Positions 1 to 10,336 of a DNA stretch of 64,000 nucleotides are shown here, in pieces. The stretch lies in assembly GCA_947449135.1 (NCBI GenBank), contig CANFQO010000009.1:610-64609 (forward strand). The letters run 5' to 3'. The stretch is from Planctomycetaceae bacterium. GTDB lineage: Bacteria > Planctomycetota > Planctomycetia > Pirellulales > UBA1268. Position numbers and translations under genes: made by a program. Every line of letters begins with the position of its first letter. Within the stretch, counting starts at the first letter, position 1. The notes beneath the pieces are model-generated. The model was not told the DNA's origin and searched no databases. It was given only the letters and a program-made list of their open reading frames with translations.

Positions 1-1542
1 CGCCGGCGGCTTTGACCGCAGGGTCGCCATGATCTCCCGCATTCGGTCCATGCCCGCGGCGCCCGGAAGCGTGATCGCCACCTGCCGTTCAAGGTGGCAG
101 CCGTGCGTGCAGAAGATCGCGTCGAGTTGCTCGTGCAGGGTCTTTCCCTGCGACTTCAGTGCGGCTGACAGTTCGGCCAGCAAGAGCGCGGCGACGCTGG
201 CGTCCTTGTCGCGGACGTGCGTGCCCGCCAGGTAGCCATGCGATTCCTCGCAGCCGAAGACAAAGTGTTCGGGGCCGGTCTGGTCGATCGCCTGCCCGAT
301 CCACTTGAAGCCCACCTGCAGCGTGTCGACCGTCCTTGCCCGGTAGGCATCGGCGATGCGGCGCACAATGCCGGTCGTCACGAGCGTGGTGATCACATGG
401 TCGGTAGCCTTGAGAGTGCCCAGTCGCTTCCGGCAGGAGAGCACCCAGTCGACCAGCAGAGCCGCGATCTGGTTGCCGGTGAATGTCTGCCAGCCGCTGC
501 CAGCGGCGGCCGTCAGCGGCGCGGCTGCACCGAGACGGTCACAGTCGGGATCGCTGGCCATCACGAGGTCGTCGCCGCGAGCCATCGCCTCGGCGATGGC
601 TCCCTCGAGCACGGCCGGATTCTCGGGATTGGCTACGTGGCCGGGCACGTTCGGGAAATCGCCGTCGGGCATCTCCTGCGGGCCGTAGAGCCGCAGTTTT
701 TTGAAGCCGGCACCGTCGAGCACTGGCACGACGGCGCTCGCGCCCACGCCATGCAGCGGCGTGTAGAGGATGGAGACGTCACGGGGGCCGGCCGTGGACT
801 GTCGGAGCACCGCAGCGACGAATGCCGGATCAATCTCCTGCTCCACGAACTGCACGCGGCCAGTGGCGACACCGGCGTCGAAGCTCTGGCGGTGCACGGC
901 ATCGCACCGCATCACCCGGTCGATGATCCCCTTGTCGTGCGGCGGCAGCACCTGCACGCCGCCAGCCCAGTAGACCTTCACAGCGTTGTCGCTGGGCGGA
1001 TTGTGGCTGGCCGTCACCATGATGCCGCAGGTGCTCTGCGTGTGGCGCACGGCGTATGAAAGTTCCGGCGTGCTGCGGAATCCACGGAGGAAGAAGATCC
1101 GGAAGCCGGCCGCGAGGAGCACTTCGGCGCACAGTTTCGCAAAGTGTTCGGAGCGGTGGCGGGTATCGTAGGCAATGGCACAGGTGGGCTCCTCGCCGGT
1201 CGGCATGACGCTCCGCACGTAGTCGGCCAGCCCCTGCGCGCTCTCGCCGATCGTGCGGTCGTTGATGGCGTTGGAGCCGACCGGATACATCCTGCCGCGG
1301 CGGCCGCCGGTGCCGAAGGGGATCACCGTCCAGTAGACATCGTCGAGTTCTTTCCAGACGGATGGCTGCTCCGCAGCCCGGTCGATGCGTGTCGCCAACT
1401 CACCGGCAAACTCCGCGTAACGGGGCTGGGTGAGCCAGTCGCGCATCGTCTGGGCGGAGTGTTCGGTGATCGTGCCTGCTGCGCGGGCGGCATCGATGGC
1501 GGCGAGGCGGGGGGCCGAGGAGGCGGCTGGGGCGATGGACAT
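1..1542 (-). CDS. Phospho-sugar mutase (phosphoglucomutase/phosphomannomutase family), 3' end runs off the window
   Basis: Not in the ORF track because there is no stop in the window. Manual translation from the ATG at 1542 gives MSIAPAASS...IPFGTGGRRG...CGIMVTASHNPPSDNAVKVYW...DPDCDR, which are phosphohexomutase motifs. Confidence 0.9.
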   Translation of the reverse strand, partial: MSIAPAASSAPRLAAIDAARAAGTITEHSAQTMRDWLTQPRYAEFAGELATRIDRAAEQPSVWKELDDVYWTVIPFGTGGRRGRMYPVGSNAINDRTIGESAQGLADYVRSVMPTGEEPTCAIAYDTRHRSEHFAKLCAEVLLAAGFRIFFLRGFRSTPELSYAVRHTQSTCGIMVTASHNPPSDNAVKVYWAGGVQVLPPHDKGIIDRVMRCDAVHRQSFDAGVATGRVQFVEQEIDPAFVAAVLRQSTAGPRDVSILYTPLHGVGASAVVPVLDGAGFKKLRLYGPQEMPDGDFPNVPGHVANPENPAVLEGAIAEAMARGDDLVMASDPDCDRLGAAAPLTAAAGSGWQTFTGNQIAALLVDWVLSCRKRLGTLKATDHVITTLVTTGIVRRIADAYRARTVDTLQVGFKWIGQAIDQTGPEHFVFGCEESHGYLAGTHVRDKDASVAALLLAELSAALKSQGKTLHEQLDAIFCTHGCHLERQVAITLPGAAGMDRMREIMATLRSKPPA

Positions 1543-1707
1543 GAGAGGAGGACTCGGGCCTGTGGTGGGAAGCGTTCGATGTGACGATGGGCGTGCTGAA
1601 TTCGTACGGCAATCTGCGTGCTGAATTCAGGCGACGGTTTTATACTCCCGGCCCAGCAAGCATCGCCACCCGAAGATCTCATTCCAACAGCCAACAGGCA
1701 GGATCAC

Positions 1708-3132
1708 ATGAGCGAACCCAGAGATACATCCGGCAGTGATCCGCTCATCGTCAGCGTCTCCGGGCTTCGCGGCATCGTGGGTGGCAGCCTGACGCCGGAG
1801 GTGGCTGTTCGGTATGTCGCTGCCTTCGCCGAGACCCTGCCGCCCGGGCCGATCGCGATAGGCAGAGACGGCCGCACCTCCGGGCCGTTGTTGATGGCCG
1901 CGCTCACCGAGCACCTGCGCCGCGTGGGCCGCGACGTGATCGACTGCGGAATCGCGGCCACGCCTACCGTGGGGATCGTCGTGCGGCAGGAGGGAGCCGC
2001 CGGCGGCGTGCAGATCTCGGCCAGCCACAACCCTGCTCCCTACAACGGACTCAAGCTGTTCTCCGCGAAGGGACGTGTGCTGCCGGCAGCCGCCGGGGCG
2101 AGGGTGCTTGAGAGGTTTCAGTCGCTGGCCACGGCGGACGCAATGCAACCAGCTCTCGGGGCAGTTCGGGCGGGGTCCGTGCGGGTGGTCGATGGGGGAC
2201 CGGCCCACATCGCACTGGTGGCGAAGACCGTCGACGTGGAGGCGATCCGGCGGTGTCGTCCACGCGTCTGGCTCGATGCGGGGCATGGGGCCGGCAGCCG
2301 TGTGGCGCGGCCGCTGCTCGAGCACCTCGGCTGCGAGGTCGTGATCGAGGGGGGCGAACCCGACGGCCACTTCGAACATACGCCCGAGCCGACGGCCGAT
2401 AACCTTGCGGGCATGCTGCCACGGATACGTCTCGAGCATGCCGACATAGGCTTCTTTCAGGACCCCGATGCCGATCGACTGGCGATCGCCACCGCCGAGG
2501 GGCGATACATCGGCGAGGAGGCAACGCTGGCCCTCACCGTGGAGGCCGTGCTCGCCAAGACACCGGGGCCGATCGTGGTCAACTGCTCGACCAGCGGCAT
2601 GGCGGCCATCATCGCCGCGAAGTACGGCGTGCCCTGCCATGTGTCGGCCGTCGGAGAGGCGAACGTCGTCGATAGGATGGTCGCCGCCGGTGCGATTCTC
2701 GGCGGCGAGGGGAACGGCGGTGTGATCGATCCGCGAGTGGTGCTGGTTCGCGACAGCTTTGTGGCGATGGCGATCGTCCTTGAGCGGATGTGCACAACGC
2801 GTGCGGGCGACGGTGGCCTCGCGAGCATCGACAGCCTTGCGCGGGCGCTGCCGCAGTTGGTGATGAAGAAGACAAAGGTCGATCTTTCACCGGAGACACG
2901 TGGCCCGGCGCTCGTCGCGGCGCTCGATCGCATTGGGCGAGCCTTTCCTGACGCCCAGGCGAGTCGGCTCGACGGCCTGCGACTCGACTGGGCTGGCGGT
3001 TGGCTCCTCGTGCGAGCCAGCAACACCGAGCCGATCGTGCGGATCGTCGCCGAGGCTGCCAGCGATGCGGCAGTGGATGAGGCTATTCAGAGGGCGACGG
3101 CGGCATTGTGCCCCGCCGATGCCGGGCGCTGA
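1708..3132 (+). CDS. glmM: Phosphoglucosamine mutase / phosphohexomutase
   Basis: Motifs SVSGLRG, ISASHNP (catalytic Ser), DPDADR (metal), GGEGNGG and VRASNTEP. Start moved to the ATG at 1708. Confidence 0.8.
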   Translation: MSEPRDTSGSDPLIVSVSGLRGIVGGSLTPEVAVRYVAAFAETLPPGPIAIGRDGRTSGPLLMAALTEHLRRVGRDVIDCGIAATPTVGIVVRQEGAAGGVQISASHNPAPYNGLKLFSAKGRVLPAAAGARVLERFQSLATADAMQPALGAVRAGSVRVVDGGPAHIALVAKTVDVEAIRRCRPRVWLDAGHGAGSRVARPLLEHLGCEVVIEGGEPDGHFEHTPEPTADNLAGMLPRIRLEHADIGFFQDPDADRLAIATAEGRYIGEEATLALTVEAVLAKTPGPIVVNCSTSGMAAIIAAKYGVPCHVSAVGEANVVDRMVAAGAILGGEGNGGVIDPRVVLVRDSFVAMAIVLERMCTTRAGDGGLASIDSLARALPQLVMKKTKVDLSPETRGPALVAALDRIGRAFPDAQASRLDGLRLDWAGGWLLVRASNTEPIVRIVAEAASDAAVDEAIQRATAALCPADAGR

Positions 3133-4410
3133 TCACTGTCGGACGAGCACCCGCGAGCCCTCGCCGAGGATGTCAGCAAGTTCCCCGAGATCGCGGTCGG
3201 CCACGAGCAGGCTTGTCCCCGGGATGGCGTCGTCTGAAACCGTGGCAGGATCGGCCACGCCCACAATAGAGAGGCCATCTGCCAGTTGGATCGAAAGCGG
3301 GCCCGACTGCGACCACGCCACCTGCGAGACGGCACCGGGCTGTTCCGCCGGGGGATCGTTGCGTTGAACTGTGACCACCGGGAGCGTGGCGCCGACGCTG
3401 TCGCGGATCTGCCTGCCGACCATCACCGGGAAACTACCGGCGTAGTTCCCGCCCACCTGGAGGCTGAGACGTCGCCGCGACACGCTCACCACGGCGTCGA
3501 AAGGACCACGCACGACTTTCAGCGACTCACCCGGCACGAGTCGCGCCGGATCGGGGACACCGTTGATCTTCGCCAGCAGTTGCCACGGCACGGCTAAGGG
3601 CGCAGCGATCGACAAGAGCGTCTCCCCCTGCTGAACGACATGTGGCGGCAACAGGAGGTCTTGCTGCGAATAGATCACCGTGCCCGCCAACTGCCCAAGA
3701 AGATCCTCCAATCGCTGACTTTCCTCGAGACCGAGCGAAGGATCATCATGCCATGTTGACAGCAAGGCCAGTGCCTCGGCATAGCGGCCCGCCGCGAGTT
3801 TGTCGTGGGCATCAGCCCAGGATGAAGCAAAGGCGGCCGAGGGCGGTGCCTCCCGCCCAACGTTCGACGGTGGCGGCATCTGGCGGGAATCCTGTGGATC
3901 GAATGCAGTCGCCGCAGGCGGCGGCAGCGCAGTTCCACCGACGAGGTTGTTGGTGTCGGGAATGGCGGCCGCGGGGGCGGCTACCGGCGGCGGTGCCGAG
4001 ACGGCGTTCAGATAGGTGGGAGCAGACTCGGGCGGAACTGCCGATGCCACTGGGGCAGCAGGCGGCGCCGCCGGAAAGGCAGCTGCGTCGGGGGACGGTA
4101 CGGCGGGGAGGCTTCCCGGCCCGGTCAGACCAGCGGCGGGCTGGGGTGGGGCCGTAACGGCTGCCGTGGTGGCTGGTGGAATCTCAATCTGCGGCGTAAA
4201 GACCGGGGCCGACGTGAGATCGCCGCCGACCGTTGCAGCGGGAGCGACGACCGAGCCGCCCGGGCCTTTATTCACGACCGACCAGGCTCCATAGAGGATC
4301 GTGCCGAGCAGCACGAGCACCACCAACGGTTTGAGCGAATCGCCCGAATCGTTGTCGCGTTCACGGTGGGCGTGGCCTTTTGACCGGCTGGCCATGGCAT
4401 TGGGTTCCAT
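3133..4410 (-). CDS. Membrane-anchored LysM protein with a degenerate L,D-transpeptidase (YkuD)-like C-terminal domain
   Basis: N-terminal TM helix, Pro/Ala linker, LysM (HVVQQGETLLSIA...LAKINGV..P..LVPGESLKV), then YkuD-like AVVSVSRRRLSL...FPVMVG...GSRVLVR. Confidence 0.75.
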   Translation of the reverse strand: MEPNAMASRSKGHAHRERDNDSGDSLKPLVVLVLLGTILYGAWSVVNKGPGGSVVAPAATVGGDLTSAPVFTPQIEIPPATTAAVTAPPQPAAGLTGPGSLPAVPSPDAAAFPAAPPAAPVASAVPPESAPTYLNAVSAPPPVAAPAAAIPDTNNLVGGTALPPPAATAFDPQDSRQMPPPSNVGREAPPSAAFASSWADAHDKLAAGRYAEALALLSTWHDDPSLGLEESQRLEDLLGQLAGTVIYSQQDLLLPPHVVQQGETLLSIAAPLAVPWQLLAKINGVPDPARLVPGESLKVVRGPFDAVVSVSRRRLSLQVGGNYAGSFPVMVGRQIRDSVGATLPVVTVQRNDPPAEQPGAVSQVAWSQSGPLSIQLADGLSIVGVADPATVSDDAIPGTSLLVADRDLGELADILGEGSRVLVRQ

Positions 4411-4643
4411 GTGTGGGCCGGCGCCGCTGCCGTATCCAAACGGCAGCAGATGCCGGACGAGAGGCTGGGATGGTAAAGACCCGCCCGTACTGGTGCCAGA
4501 TCGCTTCGGCCCCGGGAAAACAGCAGAATAGGGGGACGTTCGAACTCGGATCGCCAGTTGAGTGGGGGGGGCGTATAGTGTCAGGCTCGTGGTAGACCCA
4601 CGATCACCCCGCAGGGGCGCGGACTGCGGGAGAGGAGTTTTTC

Positions 4644-5927
4644 ATGCGTTCCCAGCACGTCGATCAGATGCGGGTTCGCGATGTCGTCGCCGTCGTGCTT
4701 GCCGGTGGAAAAGGCGCACGGCTCGATCCACTGACACGCGACCGGGCAAAGCCCGCCGTGCCGTTTGGCGGAAACTATCGCATCGTCGATTTTGCCCTCT
4801 CGAATTGTCTGAACAGCGGGCTGCGTCGCGTGCTGCTGCTGACACAGTACAAGGCCAGCAGCCTGGATCGGCATATCAATGTCGGCTGGCGACGCTTTTT
4901 CTGCCGTGATCTCGGCGAGTTTCTCGACGTGCTGCCGCCCCAGCAGCGGGTGGACGAAAACTGGTACCTCGGCACGGCCGACGCCGTCTACCAAAACATC
5001 TACTCCCTGGAGATGGCGGCGCCCCGGTTGGTGGTCGTCCTCGCTGGCGATCACATCTACAAGATGAACTATCAGAAAATGATCGATGCCCACGAGGAGA
5101 GCGGCGCCGATGTGACCGTCGGCGCGTTGTCAGTTCCCCGGGAGGCGGCTCGTGAATTCGGCACCATGGAGGTGGACGGAGCCGGACGAGTGCATGGATT
5201 CCACGAGAAGGTTGCCAACCCTCCCACAATCCCAGGCAGCGACGGCATGTGCCTGGCGTCGATGGGCATCTATTGCTTCTCGACCCAGTTTCTCCTCGAG
5301 CGGCTCAAAGAGGATGCCCACGAACGTACGAGCCGGCATGACTTCGGCCACGACGTGCTGCCTGCCGTGATCGGCACTCACGTGGTGCATGCCTTTCCGT
5401 TCCGCGACGAGAACCGGAAGCGAGACGCCTACTGGCGGGATGTCGGGACGATCGACGCCTACTTTGAAGCGAACATGGACTTGATAGACGTCGATCCGCA
5501 ACTCAACCTCTATGATGAGCAGTGGCCGATCCGCACGCATCATCCGGCCTATCCACCACCGAAGTTCGTCTTTGCGGGTGAGGGCCCCGATGCCCGCCGT
5601 GGAGAAGCCACCGACAGCCTTGTCTGCCCGGGCGCCATCATCTCAGGTGGCCGTGTCACTCGCTCGATCATCGGCCCCGGCGTGCGGGTGAATAGTTTTG
5701 CCGGGGTTGAGGAGAGCATCCTGTTCGAGGGCGTCGATATCGGCCGCCACGCCCGGGTGCGGCGTGCCATCATCGATAAGGGCGTCCGGGTGCCTCCTGG
5801 CATGACGATTGGCTTCAACGCCGAGGAGGATGCCGCCCGGGGCTTGACGGTTTCGCCGCAAGGAGTGACCGTGGTAGCGAAGGGACAGGCACTTTCGGCC
5901 GATCCACTGCCCCATGCCGTTGGCTGA
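4644..5927 (+). CDS. glgC: Glucose-1-phosphate adenylyltransferase (copy 1)
   Basis: LAGGKGARLDPLTRDRAKPAVPFGG, WYLGTADAV, LAGDHIYKMNY, YWRDVGT and a C-terminal beta-helix. Confidence 0.95.
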   Translation: MRSQHVDQMRVRDVVAVVLAGGKGARLDPLTRDRAKPAVPFGGNYRIVDFALSNCLNSGLRRVLLLTQYKASSLDRHINVGWRRFFCRDLGEFLDVLPPQQRVDENWYLGTADAVYQNIYSLEMAAPRLVVVLAGDHIYKMNYQKMIDAHEESGADVTVGALSVPREAAREFGTMEVDGAGRVHGFHEKVANPPTIPGSDGMCLASMGIYCFSTQFLLERLKEDAHERTSRHDFGHDVLPAVIGTHVVHAFPFRDENRKRDAYWRDVGTIDAYFEANMDLIDVDPQLNLYDEQWPIRTHHPAYPPPKFVFAGEGPDARRGEATDSLVCPGAIISGGRVTRSIIGPGVRVNSFAGVEESILFEGVDIGRHARVRRAIIDKGVRVPPGMTIGFNAEEDAARGLTVSPQGVTVVAKGQALSADPLPHAVG

Positions 5928-5949
5928 GTTCCCGGTCCCATAGACTGCC

Positions 5950-7335
5950 ATGCCCAAACGCAACCTGTTCGTGCTGCTCATGATGATCGCCGTTGCCGGC
6001 GTGAGTTGGCTGGCACGGGATCGTGCTGGTCACGGCCGTCGTTTTGCCGAAGTGCTCGGGGCGATCGAGCGGTCCTATCTCGACCCGGTCGATCAGCAGG
6101 GCCTGTTCGATGCCGCCATGCAGGGTGTGTTTTCTCGTCTCGACGAACACTCTGCCTTCGTGGCCGGCGACCAGCGGGACCGGTTGGAGAGCCTCCTCGA
6201 TCAGGAGTTTGGAGGCGTGGGGCTGGAACTGGACGGGTCGGATCGCCGTCTCGGCATCATCGTCGTGAGTCCGGTGCTCGGTTCTCCAGCCTGGCACGCG
6301 GGCATTGCCGCCGGCGATCGGATCCTGGCGATCGATGGAGTTTCCACCGCGCAGATGACTCTCGAAGAGGTTTTTCGGCGTCTGCGTGGCCGACCGGGAA
6401 CTTCTGTTCTGCTCTCGATCGGTGCCGCTGTGGCAGACCCTTCTGGTGAAGACGCCCCCGCTCGTGACGTCGCCTTGCTGAGGGAGGTGATCAAAACGGA
6501 GAGCGTGGTCGGTGATCGTCGCCGGTCGGACGGATCATGGGAGTGGACGATTGAGGGCGAGCCTGCTGCCGCCATCATTCGCATCACGACATTTGGGGAA
6601 CGCACGGCCGACGAGGTCCGGCGGGCCGTGGAAGCGATCGCGAGTCGCAGGTCCGCCGCCGAACCAGAGGCTGGCAGCGATCGAAATCCCGAGGCCGCTG
6701 TGATTCTGGATCTCCGGGGCAATGCCGGCGGTCTCCTGTCAGCCGCGGTGGAGGTCTGCGACATCTTTCTCGACGAAGGCGTGATCGTGTCGACGAAGGG
6801 ACGGGGAGTGCATGACGCAGGTGCAGCCGGTGACGATGCTGCCGCCCTCGACGTGAGGCGGGCCACACGCGGCGCCGCGCTTGTCGATCTCCCCATGGCC
6901 GTGCTGATCGACGGGCTTACGGCGAGTGCGGCTGAGGTTGTGGCTGCCTGCCTTCAGGACCATGGCCGGGCGATCGTGGTGGGGAGCCGCTCCTTCGGCA
7001 AGGGCACCGTGCAGTCGATCATGCCGTTGTCAGACGGCAGTGGCCTCGTAAAGCTGACCACCTCGGAGTATTTGCGGCCCAGCCGCGTCAACATCCACCG
7101 GCGAAACGAAGAAGAGAGCGACACGACGTGGGGGGTGAGTCCGGACAGGGGCTACGAGATCACTCCCACGGGCAGGCAGATTGAGTCCCTTCAGGCGTGG
7201 CGACAGATGCGCGATGTCGTGCCGACGAAGGGCGGGCTCGCAGCGACGCCCCAGCCGCCGTCACTGGCAGTTTTGCCGAGACGCGTCGATCCGGTGCTGG
7301 CGACGGCGCTTGACGCTCTCCGCGAACGTGATTGA
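5950..7335 (+). CDS. S41 family carboxyl-terminal processing protease (PDZ + peptidase)
   Basis: PDZ (GGVGLEL...SPAWHAGIAAGDRILAIDG), DLRGNAGG, TASAAEVV, GSRSFGKGTVQ. Confidence 0.9.
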   Translation: MPKRNLFVLLMMIAVAGVSWLARDRAGHGRRFAEVLGAIERSYLDPVDQQGLFDAAMQGVFSRLDEHSAFVAGDQRDRLESLLDQEFGGVGLELDGSDRRLGIIVVSPVLGSPAWHAGIAAGDRILAIDGVSTAQMTLEEVFRRLRGRPGTSVLLSIGAAVADPSGEDAPARDVALLREVIKTESVVGDRRRSDGSWEWTIEGEPAAAIIRITTFGERTADEVRRAVEAIASRRSAAEPEAGSDRNPEAAVILDLRGNAGGLLSAAVEVCDIFLDEGVIVSTKGRGVHDAGAAGDDAAALDVRRATRGAALVDLPMAVLIDGLTASAAEVVAACLQDHGRAIVVGSRSFGKGTVQSIMPLSDGSGLVKLTTSEYLRPSRVNIHRRNEEESDTTWGVSPDRGYEITPTGRQIESLQAWRQMRDVVPTKGGLAATPQPPSLAVLPRRVDPVLATALDALRERD

Positions 7336-7417
7336 GTGACGGCACTCTTTCAACACGGCACAAGCGTGTGTGTCAGATCGCACCACCGCCCCCGGCCCAT
7401 TGCACGAGCGGCCCCGT

Positions 7418-8806
7418 TCACATCACTGCGCGGATCTCCGCCGCGAGAAAAAAGCTGCCGGCCACGCAGACCAAGCCGCGGGGAGTGGCGAGCGACCGGG
7501 CGACTCGTAGCGCCTCGGCTGGCGTCGTGGCGACCTGCGGGGCGGGCAGGCCCGCTCGCCGGCAGGCGTCCACCAACTGCGTGACCGTTGCGGCCCGGGG
7601 ATTGGTCGCATAACGGGTGATGACGATGGAATCGAAGTGGCCCCGCACCGCCGCCAGCATCTCCTCGATTTGCTTGTCGGCGCTCGCGGCGAAGACGAGC
7701 ACTGTCGGCTGAAAGATCCGCGCGGCCGGCGCGAGGGTCGCCACGAGGGACTCCATCGAGGCGACGTTGTGTGCCGCATCGAGGATCACGAGTGGACGCT
7801 CGCTGATGCTTTCGATTCTGGCGGGCAGACTCACGGTCCGTAGACCCTTCGCCAGCGCCCGATCCGGCACGGGAATTCCGCGCGCATCGAGGCTGCGGGC
7901 GGCCATCACGACGAGCGACGCGTTGATCGCCTGGTGCTCACCTCGCATGACGAGCGGAAAGACAAGACCGTCGCTGGAGGGCGCGCCGGCGAATGTCACC
8001 GCCACGCGGCCGGGCGCGAGCGGATCAGTCGGCGAGTCGCTCGCGTTCTGCGGCAGATAAGAGACTTGAAAATCTCGCCCCAATTGCAGGAGCGACGCCC
8101 GTCGTCGGGTGGCGGTCGCTTCGATCACCCGACGTGCCGCCGGATGGATGGCGGCCGAGATCACCGGACAGCCGCGCTTGATGATTCCGGCCTTTTCCGT
8201 GGCGATCCGGCCGATTGTGGAGCCGAGCAGATGCATGTGATCGAGGCTGATGCTGGTGATGATCGACAGCACCGGGATCGAGACGTTCGTGGCGTCGAGG
8301 CGACCACCCAGCCCGGTTTCGAGCACGGCGAGATCGACGCGGCATCGCGCGAAGTGCACGAACGCCACGGCTGTCAGCACTTCGAACCAGGTCGGCCCGC
8401 TGCCACCGCGCCGGCCCGCGGCCTGGTCCATCTGCTCGACTGCTGGGATCACCACGTTGAAGGCACGCACGAGGTCGGCTGCGGAGATCGGGCGGCCGCC
8501 CACGCAGATGCGTTCTTCAAGAGCGTCGACGTGTGGCGACATGTAGCGGCCCACCCGGTGGCCGGCCGCCTGCAGCACTGCCGCCAGCATGGCGACGGTC
8601 GAGCCTTTCCCCTTCGTGCCTGCCACGTGGACCACCGGAAACTCACGATGCGGATTTCCAACGGCAGCCAGCAACCGCCGCACCCGCGTGAGCCCAAACG
8701 TGCCCGGTGGCGCGGCAGTCGGCACCGCCCGTTCAAAGTTGATGCGACGGTCGAGCCAAGCGAGGACCGACGCCCGCGTATGCTGCTCTTTGCGTGAACC
8801 GGGCAT
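7418..8806 (-). CDS. folC: Bifunctional folylpolyglutamate synthase/dihydrofolate synthase
   Basis: HVAGTKGKGST, SPHV, ETGLGGRLDATNV, LDAAHN. Start trimmed to the ATG at 8806 because the ORF-track extension overlaps the divergent gene. Confidence 0.92.
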   Translation of the reverse strand: MPGSRKEQHTRASVLAWLDRRINFERAVPTAAPPGTFGLTRVRRLLAAVGNPHREFPVVHVAGTKGKGSTVAMLAAVLQAAGHRVGRYMSPHVDALEERICVGGRPISAADLVRAFNVVIPAVEQMDQAAGRRGGSGPTWFEVLTAVAFVHFARCRVDLAVLETGLGGRLDATNVSIPVLSIITSISLDHMHLLGSTIGRIATEKAGIIKRGCPVISAAIHPAARRVIEATATRRRASLLQLGRDFQVSYLPQNASDSPTDPLAPGRVAVTFAGAPSSDGLVFPLVMRGEHQAINASLVVMAARSLDARGIPVPDRALAKGLRTVSLPARIESISERPLVILDAAHNVASMESLVATLAPAARIFQPTVLVFAASADKQIEEMLAAVRGHFDSIVITRYATNPRAATVTQLVDACRRAGLPAPQVATTPAEALRVARSLATPRGLVCVAGSFFLAAEIRAVM

Positions 8807-9052
8807 CTTCCTCAGACTCCCACAACGACGCTTGCTGCCACGGTTTGCCGGAATGTGCTTCTCGGTGCGGCTTGGTGGCCCATGACGGCGGAAATGCTCC
8901 GACGACCAGTGCCCTGCGAGTGTACCGTTGAAATGACGGTGCCGGGCCCCGCGTCGGAGGCCAAAGCGGCCTTGACCCCCGGTCGGCGTTTCCAGACCCT
9001 CCCGCGGCCTGTCCCGCCGTTGGCATCCTGCTCCGCGTCGCGTTGTGCCCCC

Positions 9053-10336
9053 ATGATGTTGTCCACCGTCGCATCGAGCCAGCCAGCCACCCGCACGTCG
9101 CGGCATCGTGCGGCTGTGTGGCGGTGGGGGGCGGTGCTCTGCGCGGTCGTGCTGTGCAGAACCGGCTGGCCGCAGGAGCCGCTGCCGGCACCAGACGGGG
9201 CCGCCGTCGCGGCTCCCGGCGAACCGATCCTCGTCCGGCCCCCTGGTTCTGAGGCTGCTCTGCCCGCTGTGGGCGAGCCGCCGCCGATGTACATCGCCGA
9301 TCCGCTCAATGCCGACGGCTTTGCCGGCATCCCCGTCGGTGCCGCAGCGGACATGCTTCCGAACTGGCCCCGCTGGTTCGCCGGTGCCAGTGGCCTTGTC
9401 ATGACGCGGACGCTCCCTGCGGGCACCGCCACCATGCAGCCGTCGGGGGGCGTACAACTCTCCACCAGCAACGCCGCAGCCACATGGCCTGGGGGCATCG
9501 ATCTGCACGTGGGCCGCTGGTTTGGTCCGCGGCAGCAGCATGCCGTCGAGTTCATCTACTGGGGTGTGTATGGCATCGGCTCGGCCGCGACCGCCACGGC
9601 GAGCCCGTCTTCTTCAATCGTCGCCATTCCTCAGGCACCTGGTGTGGTCGTCGGAGCTACGCCCGCCTCGGCGTGGCTCAACAACTCGGCAACACAGCAG
9701 ATCGGTCGCTCCGATCTCGTCAACGACGTCGAGATCAACTGGCTCTATTCGCTGTGGGAACGGCCGGAATTTCTGTCGCAGGATCCGGCGGCCCCGAGCC
9801 GTCGGATCAATCTCATGTGGTTGGCGGGTTTTCGATTCTTCGAGCTGCAGGACGTGCTGACGCAGACGAGTTTCCCCGGCGGTAGCGGCGCTCCCGGCAC
9901 TCTCGATCTCGGCGTGGCCACCAACAACAACCTCTACGGCGCGCAGGTGGGGGCGAAATTCGACTGGCGATTCCTGCCGCAGGTTCGTTTTTCAACGGTG
10001 CCAAAGTTCCTGATCGCCGGCAACTCGATCACGAACACGACGACGCTCGCCACCGGCTCGGGCACAGAGGCCACGTTTGCGGGGGCTCCCGTCAACGCCC
10101 ACTCGACACTGGGAGTATTTTCCTGGCTCGGGTCGGTCGATACGGGCGTGGCCTGGGACGTGACCGAACGCTGGACCCTCTCCATGGGCTATCGTGTGGT
10201 CGGCGTGGGCAACATCGCGCAGGCCGATAGTCAGTGGCCGGCGGTGATCTCGAGCCCGGCGAGCATCACCGGCATCGACGCCGGTTCGAGCACGGTCATC
10301 CACGGCGGCTTCGCGGGATTCGAAGGCCGCTACTGA
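9053..10336 (+). CDS. BBP7-family (planctomycete) outer-membrane beta-barrel protein
   Basis: Signal-like N-terminus, Pro-rich region, amphipathic strands (WLAGFRFFELQD, TNNNLYGAQVG, LSMGYRVVG) and a C-terminal HGGFAGFEGRY with terminal aromatic. Start uncertain. Confidence 0.7.
   Translation: MMLSTVASSQPATRTSRHRAAVWRWGAVLCAVVLCRTGWPQEPLPAPDGAAVAAPGEPILVRPPGSEAALPAVGEPPPMYIADPLNADGFAGIPVGAAADMLPNWPRWFAGASGLVMTRTLPAGTATMQPSGGVQLSTSNAAATWPGGIDLHVGRWFGPRQQHAVEFIYWGVYGIGSAATATASPSSSIVAIPQAPGVVVGATPASAWLNNSATQQIGRSDLVNDVEINWLYSLWERPEFLSQDPAAPSRRINLMWLAGFRFFELQDVLTQTSFPGGSGAPGTLDLGVATNNNLYGAQVGAKFDWRFLPQVRFSTVPKFLIAGNSITNTTTLATGSGTEATFAGAPVNAHSTLGVFSWLGSVDTGVAWDVTERWTLSMGYRVVGVGNIAQADSQWPAVISSPASITGIDAGSSTVIHGGFAGFEGRY

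Noticed and set aside
217-1584. Plus-strand ORFs of 280 and 146 aa
   Set aside because: Antisense shadows of the minus-strand phospho-sugar mutase, which has clear catalytic motifs.
8807-9541. Apparent 244-aa N-terminal extension of FolC (707-aa ORF)
   Set aside because: Arg/Gly-rich read-through overlapping the divergent beta-barrel gene; FolC homology begins after 8806.
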